A DNA stretch of 64,000 bases from Squalus acanthias (taxonomy: Eukaryota). The notes beneath the pieces are model-generated. The model was not told the DNA's origin. It saw only the letters and a list, made by a program, of their open reading frames with translations, and ran no database searches. The position numbers and the translations under genes are program-made. The stretch spans positions 104,224,001 to 104,288,000 of the forward strand of contig CM059431.1 of assembly GCA_030390025.1 (NCBI GenBank), read 5' to 3'. Below, one piece after another: positions 61,256 through 64,000 of the stretch. How positions within the stretch are numbered: position 1 is the first letter of the stretch; each line of letters opens with the position of its first letter.

Positions 61256-61725
61256 AAGAAAGACTTACATTTATATTGCGCCTTTCACGACCACCGGACG
61301 TCTCAAAGCGCTTTACAGCCAATGAAGTACCTTTTTTGAAGTGTAGTCACTGTTGTAATGTGGGAAACACAGCAGCCAATTTGCACACAGCAAGCTCCCA
61401 CAAACAGCAATGTGATAATGACCAGATAATCTGTTTTTGTTATGTTGATTGAGGGATAAATATTGGCCAGGACACAGGGGATAACTCCCCTGCTCTTCTT
61501 CGAAATAGTGCCGTGGGATCTTTTACGTCCACCCGAGAGAGCAGACGGGGCCTCGGTTTAATGTCTCATCAGAAAAACGGCACCTCTGACAGTGCAGCGC
61601 TCCCTCAGCACTGCACTGGGAGTGTCAGCCTAGCTTTATGTTCTCAAGTCTCATGGAGTGGGACTTGAACCCACAACCACCTGGCTCAGAGACGAGGGAG
61701 CTACCCACTGAGCCATGGCTGACAC
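61256..61725 (-). mobile_element. Full-length Deu-domain SINE (SacSINE1-like)
   Basis: tRNA-like head (TGGCTCAGTGGG, GGTTCAAGTCC), central Deu domain and L2-like tail. Confidence 0.85.
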
Positions 61726-63037
61726 TAGAAAGTAGAAAACTAGACAGTAGAAATACATCCCAAGATATTTCACAGAGATCTAATCAAAAAATGAACTCTG
61801 AGCCAAAAAAGGAAAGATTAGGAGGGCAACCAAAAACTTGGTCCAAGAGGTGGGTTTAAGGAGGGTCTTAAAGAAGGAAAGGGAGATTTAGGGAGGGAAT
61901 TCCAGAATATGAACATGGTACTGTTGGGTAGTCTTTCCTTGCTAGATTCTGTTAAGAGTGCAGCTGTTCCCAGGTCCTGCAGGTGATGTACACACCTGCT
62001 TCTAGGAATGGTGCACTGGTGTATTCTGAGTGCCCTTTAGTGCCAAAATAGAGCAACTATCTCACACTCACTTCATTCAATTGCAAACCCATTTGGCCAT
62101 CCATGAAACAGGAAAAAGGATTTGTTGTGCTCCATCAGCAGTGTTGCCAGGCTCCAAGATTCCTCCAAACCCCCCAAAAGACCCATCTCCAATTCGGCAC
62201 AGCCCCAGGACTACCTGCCTTGGTGCCAATTTGCAACAGCCCCACCCGCTCCTCACAATACTTCCAATGGCCTAGAGATTGGATTGTGCCCGAATCGGAG
62301 CCTGATCTGAATGCAGCACGCGCTGCACATGCCCAATAAGGCCATCGGTAGGAACACGGAATATTGGACTACCGGTCTCATTCTGATAGTTCGGGCACCA
62401 GTCGTGGCCTTCGAGCCAGTTTGCCTGTCACGAGGTGGGTGGGGAAGGGCAGGAGAGCGAATTTGGGCAGCTGGGGTACCAGCCGAAGTCCTCAGGTGAG
62501 TCGGGAGGAGGGGGAGACCATAAGGAAGGGAGGGGGGTGGGGTGCAGACAATTGAGCACTCCTGGTAAGAGAAGGGTTAAAGTGAGAGAATTGTAAAGAA
62601 CAGTGGGGGAAGAGCCCTCAAGGAATGATTTTACTCTGTGTCTAACCTAATCTGGCAGTTTGACACTGGGTGCCCATAGTAGAAAAGTGTTCCAATGCAC
62701 AATGCTGATATCCCTTATCTAATGAGCCCAAAATGTTTTACTCTTATATCCCGCCATTGTTGCAGTGATCTGAAGGAGGCTGGAGATTGTGTAATGAGTC
62801 TTAATACTCGTAATACTTAATACTGTATGTTCAATCGCCCAGATGAGTTGTGTAGCCCATGAAATCTTTTCAACGTTCTGGGCAGGGTGAGAGGCAAACC
62901 ACATACAGCACATTGAAACCTCATCGCCTCCTTAAGAGATTGGAAGAGGCCAGATATACTGATCGCATTTCCTGATTTTAATCACTCCACCATTGGCGGT
63001 TGTGCCGTCAGCTGCTGAGGCCCTAGGCCCACAGTGT

Positions 63038-63293
63038 CATCTGTGGCTCAGTTGGTAGCACCCTCACCTCTGAGTCAGAAGGTTGTGGGTTCAAAGTCCC
63101 ACTCCAGAGACTTGAGCACAAAATTCTAGGCTGACACTTCCAGTGCAGTGCTGAGGGAGCGCCGCACTGTCGGAGGTGCTGTCTTTCGGATGAGATGTTA
63201 AACCAAATCCTCGTCTGCTCTCTCAGGTGGATGTAATTTATCCCACGGCACTGTTTCGAAGAAGAGCAGGTGCATTATCTCTGGTGTCCTGGC
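63038..63293 (+). mobile_element. Deu-domain SINE 5' part, cut at 63293
   Basis: SINE match stops abruptly after GTGTCCTGGC. Confidence 0.82.
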
Positions 63294-64000
63294 ATCCGAT
63301 CAAGCTGCGCAGCACGAGGTGTGCGTGCTTTACGGGGCGTGGTTACTGGGCGAGGGCCGCAGTAATTTGGAGGATTTAAAACAAGGTTTGGTCCCGTCCT
63401 GGATAAGTAACAAACACCTGCGGGCGCTCCACCCTTTTCAGAACGCATTAAGTCCGTGCCAGCTCAGGCTAGCTTCAGAAGCTTACCCAGTCCCCGTGGA
63501 CTGCGGACGATCAAACCATACTATTATGGGAATAGTATTACGCATGCCGGTTTTGGGCGACACAGCAAAGCCCGCCCCGGTGTATCGGGTAGAGAACATT
63601 GGTGTCATTCAGGGGGGAGCCCACATTCGTTACGCAGCGGTTCCACCTTACGTCATCCGCTGGGAGCAAACGATGACAGGTACAGATCTCTCTGGTTGTC
63701 GTGGCAGGGGAGCACACATAATACTGTGCCCCCAGCACTTGAATGCCTTTTTAACACCACAGTGCGGGTTCAGAACGACTGGCGCCAAGTCCATGAATTG
63801 CACCATGGAGGCAATGGCACAAGATCATGTGCCTCCGCAGGTAGCATACATCGGGGGTGGAACATATTGTGTTACCACTGCAGCGCAACACTACCAGCAT
63901 GGAAACCGTAGCCGGTGTCCGGTGAGTGACAGCAGTTTCTGTTTTAAACCCAGGGCGGAAGTTCAAGTAGCACAACAGCGAATTATCCCAATCCCTGAAC
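63292..64000 (+). CDS. Partial class I viral fusion/envelope-like protein (paramyxovirus-F/lokiretrovirus-Env-like); runs off the window end
   Basis: Manual translation gives 236 stop-free codons: ..LEDLKQGLVPSWIS..GIVLRMPVL..VYRVENIGV..VPPYVI..GTDLSGC..IILCPQ..QC..NCTME..YIGGGTYCVTT; sequons NHT, NCT, NRS. Confidence 0.65.

Noticed and set aside
63042..63105. tRNA-like sequences, also near 10345, 15170, 37575 and 61660-61720
   Set aside because: They are SINE heads that continue into the Deu body, not tRNA genes
63456..63911. 151-aa ORF from the track
   Set aside because: Alternate frame of the longer stop-free Env-like frame

Overview
Repeat-dense eukaryotic DNA, most likely from a cartilaginous fish (shark), judged from the Deu-domain SacSINE1-like SINEs and the CR1, L2, RTE, Penelope, Tx1 and PIF/Harbinger content. 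I could not identify a host protein-coding gene. Main contents: (1) a full-length, intact Tx1-clade non-LTR retrotransposon (46440-53430, minus) nested in a Penelope-like element (PLE) that is itself nested in an old L2, both inner insertions with readable target-site duplications; (2) a decayed two-gene Harbinger transposon (spliced Myb/SANT gene plus DDE transposase) inside a CR1, with several Harbinger-type MITE families; (3) PLE pseudo-LTR insertions, two of them palindromic, carrying minimal hammerhead ribozyme motifs; (4) a stop-free frame at the right edge, absent from the ORF track, that resembles a paramyxovirus-F-type envelope protein. The most notable observation is that Tx1 ORF1 is bracketed exactly by a consensus splice donor and a branch point/polypyrimidine/acceptor at its stop codon, and a 20-bp RNA stem could mask that donor. 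This suggests an 'ORF1-as-intron' route to ORF2 expression. All assignments are by eye, without database searches, and ends of decayed repeats are approximate.
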